This document shows, piece by piece, positions 36,479 through 47,510 of a stretch of DNA of 64,000 nt. Numbering within the stretch: position 1 is the first letter of the stretch; each line of letters opens with the position of its first letter. A program made the position numbers and the translations under genes. Location of the stretch: assembly GCA_963849365.1 (NCBI GenBank), contig CAWKHA010000004.1, forward strand, positions 585,214 to 649,213, given 5' to 3'. The notes under the pieces were generated by a model. It had not been told where the DNA came from. It saw nothing but the letters and a program-made list of their open reading frames with translations, and made no database searches. The stretch is from an uncultured Actinomycetota bacterium. GTDB lineage: Bacteria > Actinomycetota > Actinomycetes > Prado026.

Positions 36479-37042
36479 CTACGCCGATGTCTGCCCTGGG
36501 ACGCGGAAGCGGAGGAGGGTGACGGCTCCCGAGCGTTTGCTGCTGATCGGTTCCAGGTCTACTCGAGCGAGTCCCGGGGACGAAAAGGGGATGCCGTCGC
36601 CGGCAAGAATGGGCAGTACGTACACCAGGATCTCGTCGACGAGCCCGCGCTGCAGACACTGACCGGCCACGTCAGCGCCGAGGATCTCCAGGTCCTTGCC
36701 GCCCGCAGCGTCCAGCGCGGTGGCGACCGCTGTCCCGATGTCACCGGTGAGAACCCTGACCACCGGGTCCGGCGGCTCCAGGGGCCGATGAGTCAGGAGG
36801 AACATGGGTCCGGAGAACGGGTAGTCGTAGCTGCCCGGCTCCTCGGCCTCCATCCTGTCGCCCGTGTCCCATGTCCGTCGGCCGATGAGCATGGCGCCGG
36901 TGGCCGCCGCGATCTCCGCGAAATCGTCCGGCGCCACGAGGCGGCTCAAACGCGGCCAACTCCGCGAGTCCATCGCATGACCGGGACCGGCGATGAAGCC
37001 GTCGAGCGACATTGCCCTGTTCACGACGACTTTGCCGCTCAT
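36479..37042 (-). CDS. dihydrofolate reductase-like (RibD C-terminal domain family) protein
   Basis: MSGKVVVNRAMSLDGFIAGPG ... Confidence 0.7.
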   Translation of the reverse strand: MSGKVVVNRAMSLDGFIAGPGHAMDSRSWPRLSRLVAPDDFAEIAAATGAMLIGRRTWDTGDRMEAEEPGSYDYPFSGPMFLLTHRPLEPPDPVVRVLTGDIGTAVATALDAAGGKDLEILGADVAGQCLQRGLVDEILVYVLPILAGDGIPFSSPGLARVDLEPISSKRSGAVTLLRFRVPGQTSA

Positions 37043-37189
37043 GTCACGCCCACCATCCCGTCTCCACAACAAGTCACGAAAGCCTAACCGTCGGCACGTC
37101 CGACGGCACTCGACGCAGCCGACTCCGAGTCGTTCCGCGATCCTCGCCGAGGTGTCCTCCCGCGCATATTGGGCCGGATCAGATCAGCT

Positions 37190-37320
37190 CTAGAACGGCA
37201 TCCCTTCGCGGAGTTGTCGATCTGCACACAGTCCAGCACCCCGCCCTCGGGGTCCATCCTGGTGATCACACTGCGCCGGCGAGCCAGATCCACCCCCACG
37301 AACTGACCCGGCCCGGCATA
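37190..37320 (-). mobile_element. fragment of an IS110-family transposase N-terminus (remnant)
   Basis: YAGPGQFVGVDLARRRSVITRMDPEGGVLDCVQIDNSAKG matches N-terminal pattern of the two intact IS110-family genes in this window. Confidence 0.35.
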
Positions 37321-37455
37321 CGATTTCCTCACGGCGGCCTCCCAACACGTGGTCTTCACTGGCAACCCGAGAATGACTCGGGCACCACGGGAACGGGAGG
37401 CCCCATCCCCTCATCGCAGCACTTCGGTGCGGCCTAGCCAGAGCGTCGCGGCCAC

Positions 37456-37890
37456 TCAGTCGAGACAGAACTCGTTGCCCTCGATGTCCTGCATCACGAG
37501 GCACGACTCGTCGTCGCCATCGGCAAGCAGTAGTCGAACGCGTACCGCGCCGAGCGCGACCAGGCGTGCGCATTCGGCCTCAAGTACGGCCAGGCGCTCT
37601 TCACCCACCAGCCCGGTGCCGACCCGCACGTCAAGATGCAGCCGATTCTTGACGACCTTGCCTTCAGGAACGCGCTGGAAGAACAGTCGCGGGCCCACAC
37701 CTGAGGGATCAATGCATGCGAACCTTGAACCCTGATGCTCAGGTGGCAGCGCGCGATCGAAATCGTCCCAAGTAGCAAACCCCTCCGGTGGCGGCGGTAT
37801 GACGTACCCCAACACCTCGCACCAGAAACGAGCGACGCGCTCAGGTTCTGCGCAGTCGAAGGTGACTTGGATCTGCTTGACCGACGCCAT
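37456..37890 (-). CDS. VOC-family (glyoxalase-like) protein
   Basis: MASVKQIQVTFDCAEPERVARFW... Confidence 0.6.
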   Translation of the reverse strand: MASVKQIQVTFDCAEPERVARFWCEVLGYVIPPPPEGFATWDDFDRALPPEHQGSRFACIDPSGVGPRLFFQRVPEGKVVKNRLHLDVRVGTGLVGEERLAVLEAECARLVALGAVRVRLLLADGDDESCLVMQDIEGNEFCLD

Positions 37891-38159
37891 CGGCCCACCA
37901 TAGAGGCGCGACCCAGCCATCGCCGCGCGGGTCGCGGTCTCGCGTCACATGGGTTGGTGACACACCCAGGAGGACCTGCGCCCGTCCGACCGCGCGAAGT
38001 TCACCCGGAAGCACCCCGGTTCGGTCGTGGCCGCGACCGAGTCCAGCGTCGGCGGCCGCCTCTTCCGTCACCCGCACACACACTGTCGGATCCGTTCAGT
38101 CCTCCAACGGCACATACCGTGAGGTCAGCGGCCGCACGTCCGGCCAACTGAACTGTTGA

Positions 38160-38717
38160 TTACGTGGCGCCGCGAAGCTTGCCGTTCTTGGACACCGCTG
38201 GGTCCGTGCAAGCGGAGAGGTCGAAGCAGCACGGCCGCCGCTTGCCGTGTTGCATCTTGGAAATGCTCACCTCTACTCGGCGCTGGCGCGTCACCGGGTT
38301 TGCGGTCCCGTTGACCCAACGCACCCATTCCCAACGGGCCATCGGCGTGATGTCGCCCCACATGTCTCGGATGTTCTGGGGCGCGGCCGCCAGAGCCGTT
38401 GCCAGGTCTGACGGCACGTCCGGCTCCGGCCAGTCTCGAGTTACCTCAATGACCAGGGTGACGACGTCTCCGGCGCCTATGTCAGCGGCGTGCCGGAGTC
38501 CTTGCGGAATGTGCATCCAGTGGCCCCTTAGGCCGTCTGGCTCCAGCACCGTCTGAAACTCATAGCCATTGATCGCTCCCTGCACGGCCACCTGACCGCG
38601 TGATGGCAACCCCCCGCTCGCCTCCCTGGGCAACCGCACGATGGTCGATGAGTCGATGCTGTCCAGCCTGGCCGCGAATCGAATCGCCGTCCCGGTCCTG
38701 TGACTCACACCAGGCAT
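38160..38717 (-). CDS. DUF1905/YdeI-OmpD-associated family protein
   Basis: 185-aa ORF; family call from memory of DUF1905 pattern. Confidence 0.5.
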   Translation of the reverse strand: MPGVSHRTGTAIRFAARLDSIDSSTIVRLPREASGGLPSRGQVAVQGAINGYEFQTVLEPDGLRGHWMHIPQGLRHAADIGAGDVVTLVIEVTRDWPEPDVPSDLATALAAAPQNIRDMWGDITPMARWEWVRWVNGTANPVTRQRRVEVSISKMQHGKRRPCCFDLSACTDPAVSKNGKLRGAT

Positions 38718-39714
38718 GCTTTCACGGCGTCACCACGCCGGGTACCCGATGGGCATCAGCACCATTTCGCGGATCTTGGGAAGTTCCTCGGGTGCCGCTG
38801 CTGCCAACGGATCGCCACCGCACTCTCGATCAATCCGCCGACGGCGAGAACCCGACTCAGAATGGCCGGTTCGTCCGCCCGTGAACAGGTAGGCGCATTG
38901 GTGCGCCTGCGACTAAGAGAGGTCGAGGGTCAACGCGGAGACGGGGTGGATCAGCACGAGCAGCAGCCTGCGGCCAAGCGGAAGGTGAGCGAGGTCTGCC
39001 CGAAGCACGAGCTACCGCCCGGCAGGTACGTCAACTTCGCGTGGACGACTCAGGTAGTACCACCGGCGCACTCGGACGCGGTGGGATCCCGGCGAGACCG
39101 GTACGACAAGAGCTCCCTCATGCGGTGCCACGCCCGCTCGGCGCCCGTCCACGTAGACCACGAACGCGGCGACTCGCGGGTCCCAAACACCCAACGACGA
39201 TCGTTGCGGACAACGATCTCCGTGTTCTGCTCCACGACTCCCTATCGGCTGCATTCAAGATCGACAAGAGCGGCCCCTAGTTCCGGGACAGCGCGGTCCG
39301 TCCCGCACATCACATATGTGCTCGCGGGGTCGCTCGCGCCCCGGCACACTCGTCGTCATGTCTCGCAGCCGCCTCATCGATTCAGTGGGAGGGCGACCTG
39401 CGCGGCCTGACTGACCAGGGCGTCCGAGACCGGCTGGCGTTGGCAACCAAGAACGCCGCCGACTCGCAGGGCGGCCGTGGACGGAACCCCAAGGCTGCCC
39501 GGATGTGGCGAGATAAGGCCGCCCGAGCCGAGGCTGAGCTGGAACTCAGAGGACTTGCTCGGTAGCCCGCTAACGCACTTCGGGGCGCTCCAGGGGGGCC
39601 CTCGGACGCTGCCGCGTCGGGTTCGGCGAGATGGCCATGCCAGGCAGGCGCCAGGCGTACCGTCCCGGCGCTGGATCGAGGCTGAGAGCGAGCGAGCGTG
39701 ACCCAGGACTACAA

Positions 39715-40458
39715 CTAGTGCGGGCCCACCGGTCCGGTCGCCCCGCTGAGCGTGGTGATCCTGGGCGGGCTTGCGGACGATGCTCTGGACGTCGGGGGCG
39801 ACGGGCTAAAGCCCTTTACCAGCAACCAGACGGCGAAGACCATCTCCTGGACCGCGATGGGCAGGAAGAGAAGCACGTACCCGGTCACTGGATTGTCGCT
39901 GAACAGCGCCAGCAGGCAGGCGGTGATCATCGGAAGCGCCGCGGCCAAGCCCCAGCCCGACAGCCAGCGCGGAACGAGACGGGATCGGTACAACACGACG
40001 TAGTACATGCACGCACCCAAGGTGAACGCGAAGACCGCGACGAGAGCGGAGTGTTCGCGAACGCTCAGGAGCGAGTCGGCCATCGCATATATCGGGGCAC
40101 GATCGGCGGCCGATGCCGTGGCGAACTGCTGGCCGAGGGTGCCGATGGATAGCAGGCTCACGACGGCGGCCGTGTAGAAGACCGCTTCGATGGTCCTGAA
40201 GACCACTGAACCCAGCGCCAGGGTGGCGTTGATCTCCTTCAGCAGTGGGTAGAGGGCGATGGCGATGCCGACGCTGGCGCCTGCCGCGATCAGGTACAGG
40301 AGCGCAGCGGCAGCCATCTGATCGGCGTGGTTGGCGACTCCCGTCAGGTAGTCCGCCCCGGTGAGGGCGGGTAAGAGCGCAGCCGCCGCGAGCGACGAGA
40401 CGGTCGCGAGAATGAATAGGGCTCCCGTTGCGATCGCGATTCTTCGAGTTGCGCGCAT
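39715..40458 (-). CDS. DUF4386-family membrane protein
   Basis: MRATRRIAIATGALFILATV ... paralog of 41031..41819. Confidence 0.55.
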   Translation of the reverse strand: MRATRRIAIATGALFILATVSSLAAAALLPALTGADYLTGVANHADQMAAAALLYLIAAGASVGIAIALYPLLKEINATLALGSVVFRTIEAVFYTAAVVSLLSIGTLGQQFATASAADRAPIYAMADSLLSVREHSALVAVFAFTLGACMYYVVLYRSRLVPRWLSGWGLAAALPMITACLLALFSDNPVTGYVLLFLPIAVQEMVFAVWLLVKGFSPSPPTSRASSASPPRITTLSGATGPVGPH

Positions 40459-40471
40459 GGTGAGTCTCTTC

Positions 40472-41023
40472 TCAGAGTGAGGAAGTGGCGGTAGAGCCAC
40501 TTCGGGCGGAAGGGTCTGATCGGGACAACCGGACTGTCTGGTGTCGAGCAGTCCCGTCGCGCGGTTCGAGGACGACCACGGGCGTCTCGGTCGACCGCAG
40601 ACCGGCGTACGCGTCGATCTGCGGGTCGAGCGCGACCCAGCGCTGCCACAGCCGATCACGCTCGTCCCCGGCGGCCTGGCGCGCGCGCACCGGGCGTGGA
40701 CGCTGGCCCGCTAGTCGAACCATGGCGTCCGGGTGCGCCTCGAGATTGAGCCACCAAGAGGGATGACCCTCGTCCACCCAGCCGTTCATCGCGAGCGCGA
40801 CGAGGTCAGGGCCATCCTCGACGTAGCCGATGATGACGCCGCGTTCCTGCCCGGACTGCCGCCCGATGGTCGTCAGGCGTAGCGCACCCCAGCCGCGCTT
40901 GTTCGACGTGGTCCACAGGAACCGGCCTCCACTCAGTCGGTAGAGCGCTCGATGAGCGCGCCAAGCCGTGTGCACGAACCACGGCGGCGAGATTCTCGGC
41001 GGTCTGGGTGAAGGTGTGTTCAT
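40472..41023 (-). CDS. Ddn/DUF385-family deazaflavin (F420H2)-dependent nitroreductase-like protein
   Basis: LRLTTIGRQSGQERGVIIGYVEDG ... WWLNLEAHP ... ERDRLW. Confidence 0.7.
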   Translation of the reverse strand: MNTPSPRPPRISPPWFVHTAWRAHRALYRLSGGRFLWTTSNKRGWGALRLTTIGRQSGQERGVIIGYVEDGPDLVALAMNGWVDEGHPSWWLNLEAHPDAMVRLAGQRPRPVRARQAAGDERDRLWQRWVALDPQIDAYAGLRSTETPVVVLEPRDGTARHQTVRLSRSDPSARSGSTATSSL

Positions 41024-41030
41024 GGCTGAC

Positions 41031-41819
41031 CTACGCACCGGCCGGTTTGCCGCGCACGAGCTCGGGCGTGGTCGCGACAGCCGCCGGCCGGAAGCCGCGC
41101 GCGATCATCCAGACCGCCAGCACCATCTCCTGCACGGCCAGGGGGATGAACATCAGCACCTGCGCGGGACCGTTGGCTGCGAAGGCGCCGTACATCGCAA
41201 GCAGGTCGGCCGCCACATAGATGGGGATGGCCACAAGGCCCCACGCTGAGATCCAACGCGGAACGATGCGCGACCGGTACAGAAGCACGTAGAACATTCC
41301 GGCACCAAGGCAGAACACGAGTGTGAGCACGGCGTTGGTGGCGTCAGCGTCGATGACCAGGGTGCCGACCCGCACGCCTGCCGGTGAGGCCGCGCCTCCT
41401 CCTGCCGCCATGGCCTCACCCAGCGGCACGAGCAGCAGCCAGCCGATCGCGAGGATGACGTAGCAGACTGTCTCGACCGCTCCGCGCACAACCAGGTAGC
41501 CGACCGCCAACACCTCGTCCACCCGGCGCAGCACCGAGAACAACACGACCGGGACGAACGCGAGCGATAGCCCCATGACGAGCACGAGCAGCGCGCCGGT
41601 CACCACTGTGCCGGAGTGCTCCCCGGCATAGGCCAACGGGTCGCCCGCGTCACCAACCGGGGCAATGACGACGAAACTGAGGAATCCGGCAACCGTTCCG
41701 ATGATGTACAGGATCCCGGCCGTCGTGGCGGCAGCCCGGTGCTCACGCGCCGACCGGTGGTGCTCGACCGAGACCTGCTCCGACACCGCCTTGTGCTGTA
41801 GATCAGTCACAGCACTCAC
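41031..41819 (-). CDS. DUF4386-family membrane protein
   Basis: Paralog of 39715..40458 (YVLLYRSRIVPRWISAWGL / YVVLYRSRLVPRWLSGWGL). Confidence 0.55.
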   Translation of the reverse strand: MSAVTDLQHKAVSEQVSVEHHRSAREHRAAATTAGILYIIGTVAGFLSFVVIAPVGDAGDPLAYAGEHSGTVVTGALLVLVMGLSLAFVPVVLFSVLRRVDEVLAVGYLVVRGAVETVCYVILAIGWLLLVPLGEAMAAGGGAASPAGVRVGTLVIDADATNAVLTLVFCLGAGMFYVLLYRSRIVPRWISAWGLVAIPIYVAADLLAMYGAFAANGPAQVLMFIPLAVQEMVLAVWMIARGFRPAAVATTPELVRGKPAGA

Positions 41820-41992
41820 CTCCCGGCCGCCGAATCAGAAGCCAGGGCTACGCCGCCCTGGGCGGCCACGCACAGCCTCGCGGCCTGCCGGTCCGCTCCC
41901 GTAGAGGCGAAGGTCACCACCTGACCCAGCACCGAACGAGAGGCCGCCCCGGCCGCACTGGTCCCCGGATCGCGTACGTCTCAGAAGCGCAC

Positions 41993-42740
41993 CTAATGGC
42001 CGGTTCTTGTGCTCCTAGGCGGCTCCGGCGATGAAGGCGGCAACGACGTAGTTGGCGTGCCGGTCCAGCGGGCCCGGTCGTAGCGCGCGGTGGTGCGGGG
42101 GTCGGCGTGGCGGGCAACGATCTGGACATCGCGCAGGGACTGGCAGCCCACCCGGTGGTCCATCCCGGCCTTCTTGGCCAGGCGGTGCACGATCCGGGAG
42201 GCGGCGTAGCGGTCCATGCGGCGCCCGGTGCGGGTCAGCAGCAGCGGGCCGGTGCCCCGTTCGTCGGCGGCCAGGTCCAGGGTCCGGGCGACCCGGGGGT
42301 GGGATCGGGATGAGGGCGGGTTTGCCGCCTTTGCCGATGATGTGCAGAGTGCGGTGGCCTCGTTCGGCACCGAAGTCTTCCAGGTCGACCGAGCAGGCCT
42401 CTGAGACCCGCCCCCATCTGCATCCAGTCCAGCCCGAGGGCCTGGGACTCGGCCGAGACCCGGGGCCGGCGCACGTACTGGGCCGGGGACTTGTCCAGCC
42501 GACCGTCGATGACCATGAACCGGGAAGCCCGATCACGGTGGACAGCCGGCGGGCCACGGTGGCCCGGGCCAGGTGCCGATCCTTCGAGCCAGCGGGTGTA
42601 GATCTCCACGTGCGGGCGGGTCGCGCCGAACACGTCCAGGTGCCGGGTCTCACACCAGGCCAGGTAGGTGCGCAGGTCCGCCGGACACCTGGTTCTTCGG
42701 ACGCACCCGATACGACCTCAGTGCTGTGCGGTTCGAACAC
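41993..42740 (-). pseudogene. tyrosine recombinase (phage-type integrase) remnant with several frameshifts
   Basis: Core-binding-like RTYLAWCETRHLDVFGATRPHVEIYTRWL, catalytic LHIIGKGGKPALIPIPP and C-terminal RHADPRTTARYDRAR spread over three reading frames. Confidence 0.55.
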
Positions 42741-42837
42741 GGCCCGGCCTCAGGCGCACTCCCGGGCCCGTGCCGATGAGTCGACACGGGCCCGATAGGA
42801 ACTGGGCGGGCCTCCCCTCCCTGATCCGGCCGAGCCT

Positions 42838-43293
42838 TCAGGACTTCAACTCGGCACCGTGTACACAGATCGCGTAGATGACGATCAGATCAATCGCGAT
42901 CACGGTGACTGCCCAAACGGGTGCCGCCGCGACGAACGCCAAGTTGACGATCGCGCTCACCGCCGCCACCACCACACCCAGGACCCGGCCCCACATGCGA
43001 CCGGCCAGCAGGGCGAACCCAGCCAGAAGCGCGACCGACCCGATCACCAGGTGGGTCCACCCCCAGGTGTTGTAGTTGACGGTGACCAGTAGTCCGTTGG
43101 ACGCCACCAGGTAGTAGGTGTCCTTGAACAGCGCGGTCAACGCCTCGATGAACTGGAAGATGCCGAGCACGATCATCATCGCGCCGGCGAAGACCACCCA
43201 CCCTGTCCAAGCGGTGCGCTCGGGGGTGTGGTCGACACGAACCTCGATCCGACCGTTGGTCGTCGACGGGGCCGCCTTGTATGTCTGGCTCAT
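42838..43293 (-). CDS. small 4-TM membrane protein (hypothetical)
   Basis: MSQTYKAAPSTTNGRIEVRVDHTPERTAWTGWVVFAGAMMIVLGIF... Confidence 0.5.
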   Translation of the reverse strand: MSQTYKAAPSTTNGRIEVRVDHTPERTAWTGWVVFAGAMMIVLGIFQFIEALTALFKDTYYLVASNGLLVTVNYNTWGWTHLVIGSVALLAGFALLAGRMWGRVLGVVVAAVSAIVNLAFVAAAPVWAVTVIAIDLIVIYAICVHGAELKS

Positions 43294-43536
43294 CACGCGC
43301 TCCCTTCCGGGACTCAAGCCGGAAGGCCAACGGCCCAGCGGCCGTCCTGTTTCAAGCCTCAGACGCGACGGCTGCCGCTGCCAGAGTCTTTCGACCCGAC
43401 CTCGTATGTCCAGCGCCCGACCCTGAGAGCACAAGAACCGACCAGTGTGTGCGGCGGTTATCGATCAGGCAGTTTGGGATCAACAACGGACCACACGACA
43501 CTCTGCTGGTCTAGGCCGGGCCAGGATCGCCGATTC

Positions 43537-44562
43537 CTAGGCGAGTCGGCCGAGGAGTTCTCCACGGCCGGTCACGTTTGCTTTGCGGTAGATGGAGCGC
43601 AGATGGCCGTTGGCGGTCTGCGGGGATAGCTGGAGTCGGGTGGCGATGTGCTTGCCGGGCAGGCCGTCGGCAACGAGCTGTAGGACCTGAGCCTCACGGG
43701 GAGTCAACCCGAGCCAGGCGTCGACCGCTGGCAACAGCTGGCTGAGGCTGGCTGGCTGAAGGATCACCGCGATGTCGGCGGAGCCCACATCGATCCGGTT
43801 CCCTTGCAGTGCAACCCAGGCGCCGCCACTCGTACGGATGCGACACAGGCTCTGATCTTTGCTGACGCTTGTTCGAGTGGCGTGAGCGACCTCGTAGACC
43901 ACCCGCAGCATGTCGTGCATGGTCATCTCGTCCGACCCGCCGGCGCACAGGGCCTGCAGCCAGCTACGTGCCTCTTCGCTCATCGAGACGATGTTGTTGT
44001 TCGGGTCCACGAGCACGATGCCGGATGGAGGCACCTGCAGACGGGAAGGAAGCTTGCGGAGCGGGCGCTGGCGTACTGCCGTGCTCAAGGCAGGAGCCAG
44101 CCTTGTGGCGAGGACAGCGTCATCGGTGCTGAAGGGGTGCCGGGGATCCTGGCGGAACAACGAGAGCGCCCCCCACCAGCCCCGGTCGGTGCGGAGGGCG
44201 AGACGAAGCTCGGACCGGAAGCCGGCGGGCCGCAGAATGTCGTGCAGGCGTGGGCTGGCGGGCTCCCTGGCGCTGCCCCCGAGGATGCCCGCCGGCACCC
44301 TGCCCCTGGCCAGTTCCGCGTAGCGGTTGACGTCATGCTCACGCGTCTCGTTGTGGGATAGCCGGGCCACGACGCCGTCGAGGCCGTGCCGCGAGAGCAT
44401 GAACGAGCGAAGCCCGCTTACCGGGTCCACGCCGAACAGGCAGTAGCCGTCGTACGGCAAGATAGCCGCCACGGCTGCCAGCGCCTCATCGGCAAAGTCC
44501 GCGTCCGAGGCGTATCCGCCCGCCTGCGCAATGGTGCGGGCCGCGCGCTGGAACGCGTCCAT
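43537..44562 (-). CDS. LuxR-family transcriptional regulator with N-terminal sensor-like domain
   Basis: C-terminal HTH LTPREAQVLQLVADGLPGKHIATRLQLSPQTANGHLRSIYRKANV. Confidence 0.7.
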   Translation of the reverse strand: MDAFQRAARTIAQAGGYASDADFADEALAAVAAILPYDGYCLFGVDPVSGLRSFMLSRHGLDGVVARLSHNETREHDVNRYAELARGRVPAGILGGSAREPASPRLHDILRPAGFRSELRLALRTDRGWWGALSLFRQDPRHPFSTDDAVLATRLAPALSTAVRQRPLRKLPSRLQVPPSGIVLVDPNNNIVSMSEEARSWLQALCAGGSDEMTMHDMLRVVYEVAHATRTSVSKDQSLCRIRTSGGAWVALQGNRIDVGSADIAVILQPASLSQLLPAVDAWLGLTPREAQVLQLVADGLPGKHIATRLQLSPQTANGHLRSIYRKANVTGRGELLGRLA

Positions 44563-44915
44563 CCATCCATGGTGACAGCCCGACGCCTACCTAGAAATAG
44601 GGAGAGCCATGGCGGTGACCACATCATGACCATGGCCGGTGGCTCGTTCATGCGCCACGGCCGTGCCCCGGCACCGAGCCCGCGAGGGCGGCGACGATCA
44701 AGGTTAGGGAACCCCTGGGCCTGGCCGCACGGTCATCGTCAACCCCCAGGAAATGACTGTGGCGGGCGCGGCCCGCCACTGCGACGCTGCCCTCGACAGC
44801 CCGGTGCCGCCGACGACCGCTCCGCCGGATCTCGACGCGCACGGTGCGTCGGCGTCCGGGCACGCCAGTAGGAGCCGCAGCACGCGTGCGTCGGCCGGGC
44901 CGAGAGGAGCGCGGG

Positions 44916-45596
44916 ATGGCTCGTCGCAGCTCCAGCGTCCTGATCGTCAGCCTAGGTCTGCTGACGTTGCTCGGCTTGCTGGCCGGGTGCTCGGGAGATT
45001 CGCGCGCCAGCACGTCCGCTACCGGCGACACCACCACGTCGCGCGCGCCGGTCGGCACGGCGAGCCCTGCCGGCTACGCGACCACCCGGTTCGTCGTCCC
45101 GCTCACGGTGACTCCGCCGTCGTGGGGGCCGGGGCCGCCCACACACGAACAGGCCAACTTCATGACTTGGGTGAGTGCCGACCATGCGCACGCCGTGCGC
45201 TTTCTGGTGCCCCTCACCGTCTACCAGCCCGGCTCCTCCACCGACGTGGCGGCGCCGGCGCCGGGCAAGTACTTGCCCTACCTGCGCGGACTCAGTCGCG
45301 CCGGGGCGAGCTTCTTCGACGTTCGCAACACGGTTGTCGGAGGCCAGTCCGCAACCATCCTCACCGCGACGACGACCGAGTCCCTCGACGGCTCCCTCGG
45401 CTGCCAGGAGAAGGGGCTGGCCGCGCGGGACTGCTTCGGCCTGCAACCTGACCTTCTTCTGCGCGTGGCCGTGGTGACGGTTCGCGGCGAGACGATGCTC
45501 ATCTGGGAACGCATCGCCGCATCCGCGTCGGCTGGGCTGCAGAACGCCGACGTAGAAGCCTTCCAACGGATGCTGGACACCGTCACGTTCCAGTGA
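44916..45596 (+). CDS. lipoprotein, hypothetical
   Basis: GAGGAG RBS; signal + lipobox LLAGCSG. Confidence 0.55.
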   Translation: MARRSSSVLIVSLGLLTLLGLLAGCSGDSRASTSATGDTTTSRAPVGTASPAGYATTRFVVPLTVTPPSWGPGPPTHEQANFMTWVSADHAHAVRFLVPLTVYQPGSSTDVAAPAPGKYLPYLRGLSRAGASFFDVRNTVVGGQSATILTATTTESLDGSLGCQEKGLAARDCFGLQPDLLLRVAVVTVRGETMLIWERIAASASAGLQNADVEAFQRMLDTVTFQ

Positions 45597-45990
45597 GCGA
45601 GGCCGTGCCGATGGCCTCAGGTCCTAACCAGATCGATGGTCCGCCCCGCGGTTTGTGTCGGCGTCGCAGAAGCACCGAAGTGCCCAGTTCTAGGGCGCCC
45701 GCCGCGAGCATCATCCGGCAGCAAGGATGACGTGGCGCTGCCGAGGTAGTGATCGTTTTGGTGGCAGCGTGTGGGTGAGCGTCCTGGCCGGGTCTGACTC
45801 GAATCTTCCGGCTGACGTCCTTTGGGCCTGTCTTGCGAATGATCTGTCGGCCCGGTTTGGTCGCTCACCCGACACCGACCGGACGGGGCACGTGACCTAC
45901 TAGGAGCCTGCCGTTACCAGGCTCTTTGCTGTCCTGTCCGCCGTCCCGGCCGGCGCGGTGTCAGTCCTTCCTGCGACGAAAGGGTTGACG

Positions 45991-47031
45991 ATGAACAGCA
46001 TCGCAAGTGTGACCGGAGGTGTCGACACCCACCTGGATGTGCATGTCGCCGCCGCGTTGGATGAGCGCGGCGGGCTGCTGGGGACCGGGTCGTTCCCGAC
46101 CACCCCGGCCGGGTACCGGTCGCTGGTCGGGTGGCTGCGCGGGTTCGGTGAGGTCAAGCTGGTCGGGGTCGAGGGCACCGGCAGCTACGGCGTCGGCTTG
46201 GCACGACATCTGCGCGCCGAGGCCATCGCAGTCGTCGAGATCGACCGACCCAACCGGCAGAAGCGACGGCACAGCGGTAAGTCTGACTCCCTGGACGCGA
46301 TCTCGGCGGCCCGGGCCGCGCACAGCGGCGACGCGACCGGTGCGGCGAAGACCAGAGACGGAAACGTTGAGGCCATCAGGGTTCTGCGGGTCGCCAGGGT
46401 CAGCGCACTCAAGGCCCGGACCCAGGCACTGAACCAGCTGCGGTCACTGATCTGCACCGCCCCCGACGAGCTCCGCGCCCGGCTGCGAGACCTCGGTGTC
46501 GCCGAGCTGGCCGTCACCGCCGCCGCCCTGCGGCCTGGGACGACACCCGGGGTGGACGCCGCGACCAAGCTCGCGATGCGCAGCCTCGGCCGGCGGGTGA
46601 AGGCCCTGGAGGTCGAGGTCGCCGACCTGGACGCGGTGCTCGGTCCGCTGGTCGCCGCCACCGCACCCGCACTGCTCGCCCACCACGGCGTCGGCACCGA
46701 CACCGCAGCCGCCTTGCTCGTCGCCGCCGGCGACAACCCGAGCCGGCTACGCACCGAAGCCACCTTCGCCCGCCTGTGCGGCGCCGCACCGATCCCGGCC
46801 AACAGCGGCAAGACCCAGAACCGGCACCGGCTGCACCGCGGCGGAGATCGACAAGCCAACAGCGCCCTTTGGCACATCGCCCTGACCCGCATGAGTAGCC
46901 ACCCCAGGACCAGGGCCTACGTCGAACGCCGTCTCGACCAAGGGCTGACCAAGCGAGACATCATGCGCTGCCTCAAGCGATACATCGCACGCGAGCTGTT
47001 CCCCGACCTACCCCACGAAATCCTCGCTTGA
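45991..47031 (+). mobile_element. IS110-family insertion sequence transposase gene (DEDD-type), element A
   Basis: MNSIASVTGGVDTHLDVHVAAALD ... C-terminal conserved IS110 region; ~370 bp non-coding left end upstream. Confidence 0.8.
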
Positions 47032-47078
47032 CACACCTAGGAGCATCATTCTCTGCGTGAGTTGCTTCCCAGGTTCGC

Positions 47079-47510
47079 TCATGGGCCTGCTGCTTCATCC
47101 GCCTCATGGGGCGGGCGATAGAGCTCCTGAACCGCAACGGCGATGTCGCCACCACCCTCCTCGACTGGCTCCATGTACAGGCGAGCCCACGCGATCTTGT
47201 TATCGCGTATGCCGAGGACCGTTATGCCCCGCATCAGGAAGGGGGACCCGTCGCGATACGTGCCCTGCCAGCGCATCTCCGACCAGACCATGCCCTGGGC
47301 GGAGGCCGACGCGACTCGCTCGGCGACAAAGTCCGGCACACCCTCGAAGACCGACGTCCAGTTCGCCAAAACCTGCTCGCTCCCGCCGAAGCCACGGTTC
47401 GGGTGCAGCGGCTGCTCGCTGCGATAGTCGGCCGCGAAGAATGCCGCGACGGCTCCTGCATCGTGACGGTTCATCGCCGCGATCAACTGCTCAGTTAGGT
47501 CGGCCACCAT
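47079..47510 (-). CDS. SnoaL/NTF2-like fold protein
   Basis: MVADLTEQLIAAMNRHDAGAVAAFFAADYRSEQP... Confidence 0.6.
   Translation of the reverse strand: MVADLTEQLIAAMNRHDAGAVAAFFAADYRSEQPLHPNRGFGGSEQVLANWTSVFEGVPDFVAERVASASAQGMVWSEMRWQGTYRDGSPFLMRGITVLGIRDNKIAWARLYMEPVEEGGGDIAVAVQELYRPPHEADEAAGP

Noticed and set aside
38700-39410. 236-aa plus-strand ORF (MTHTRHAFTASPRR...)
   Set aside because: No family resemblance and low-complexity stretches. Lies in a low-GC patch that more likely holds degraded remnants. Not called as a gene.
44563-44915. Possible small gene in the 350-bp LuxR/lipoprotein intergenic region
   Set aside because: Track ORFs here (44753..45451, 44648..45058) are Arg/Ala-rich artefacts overlapping the lipoprotein gene. 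Region kept as a regulatory intergenic.
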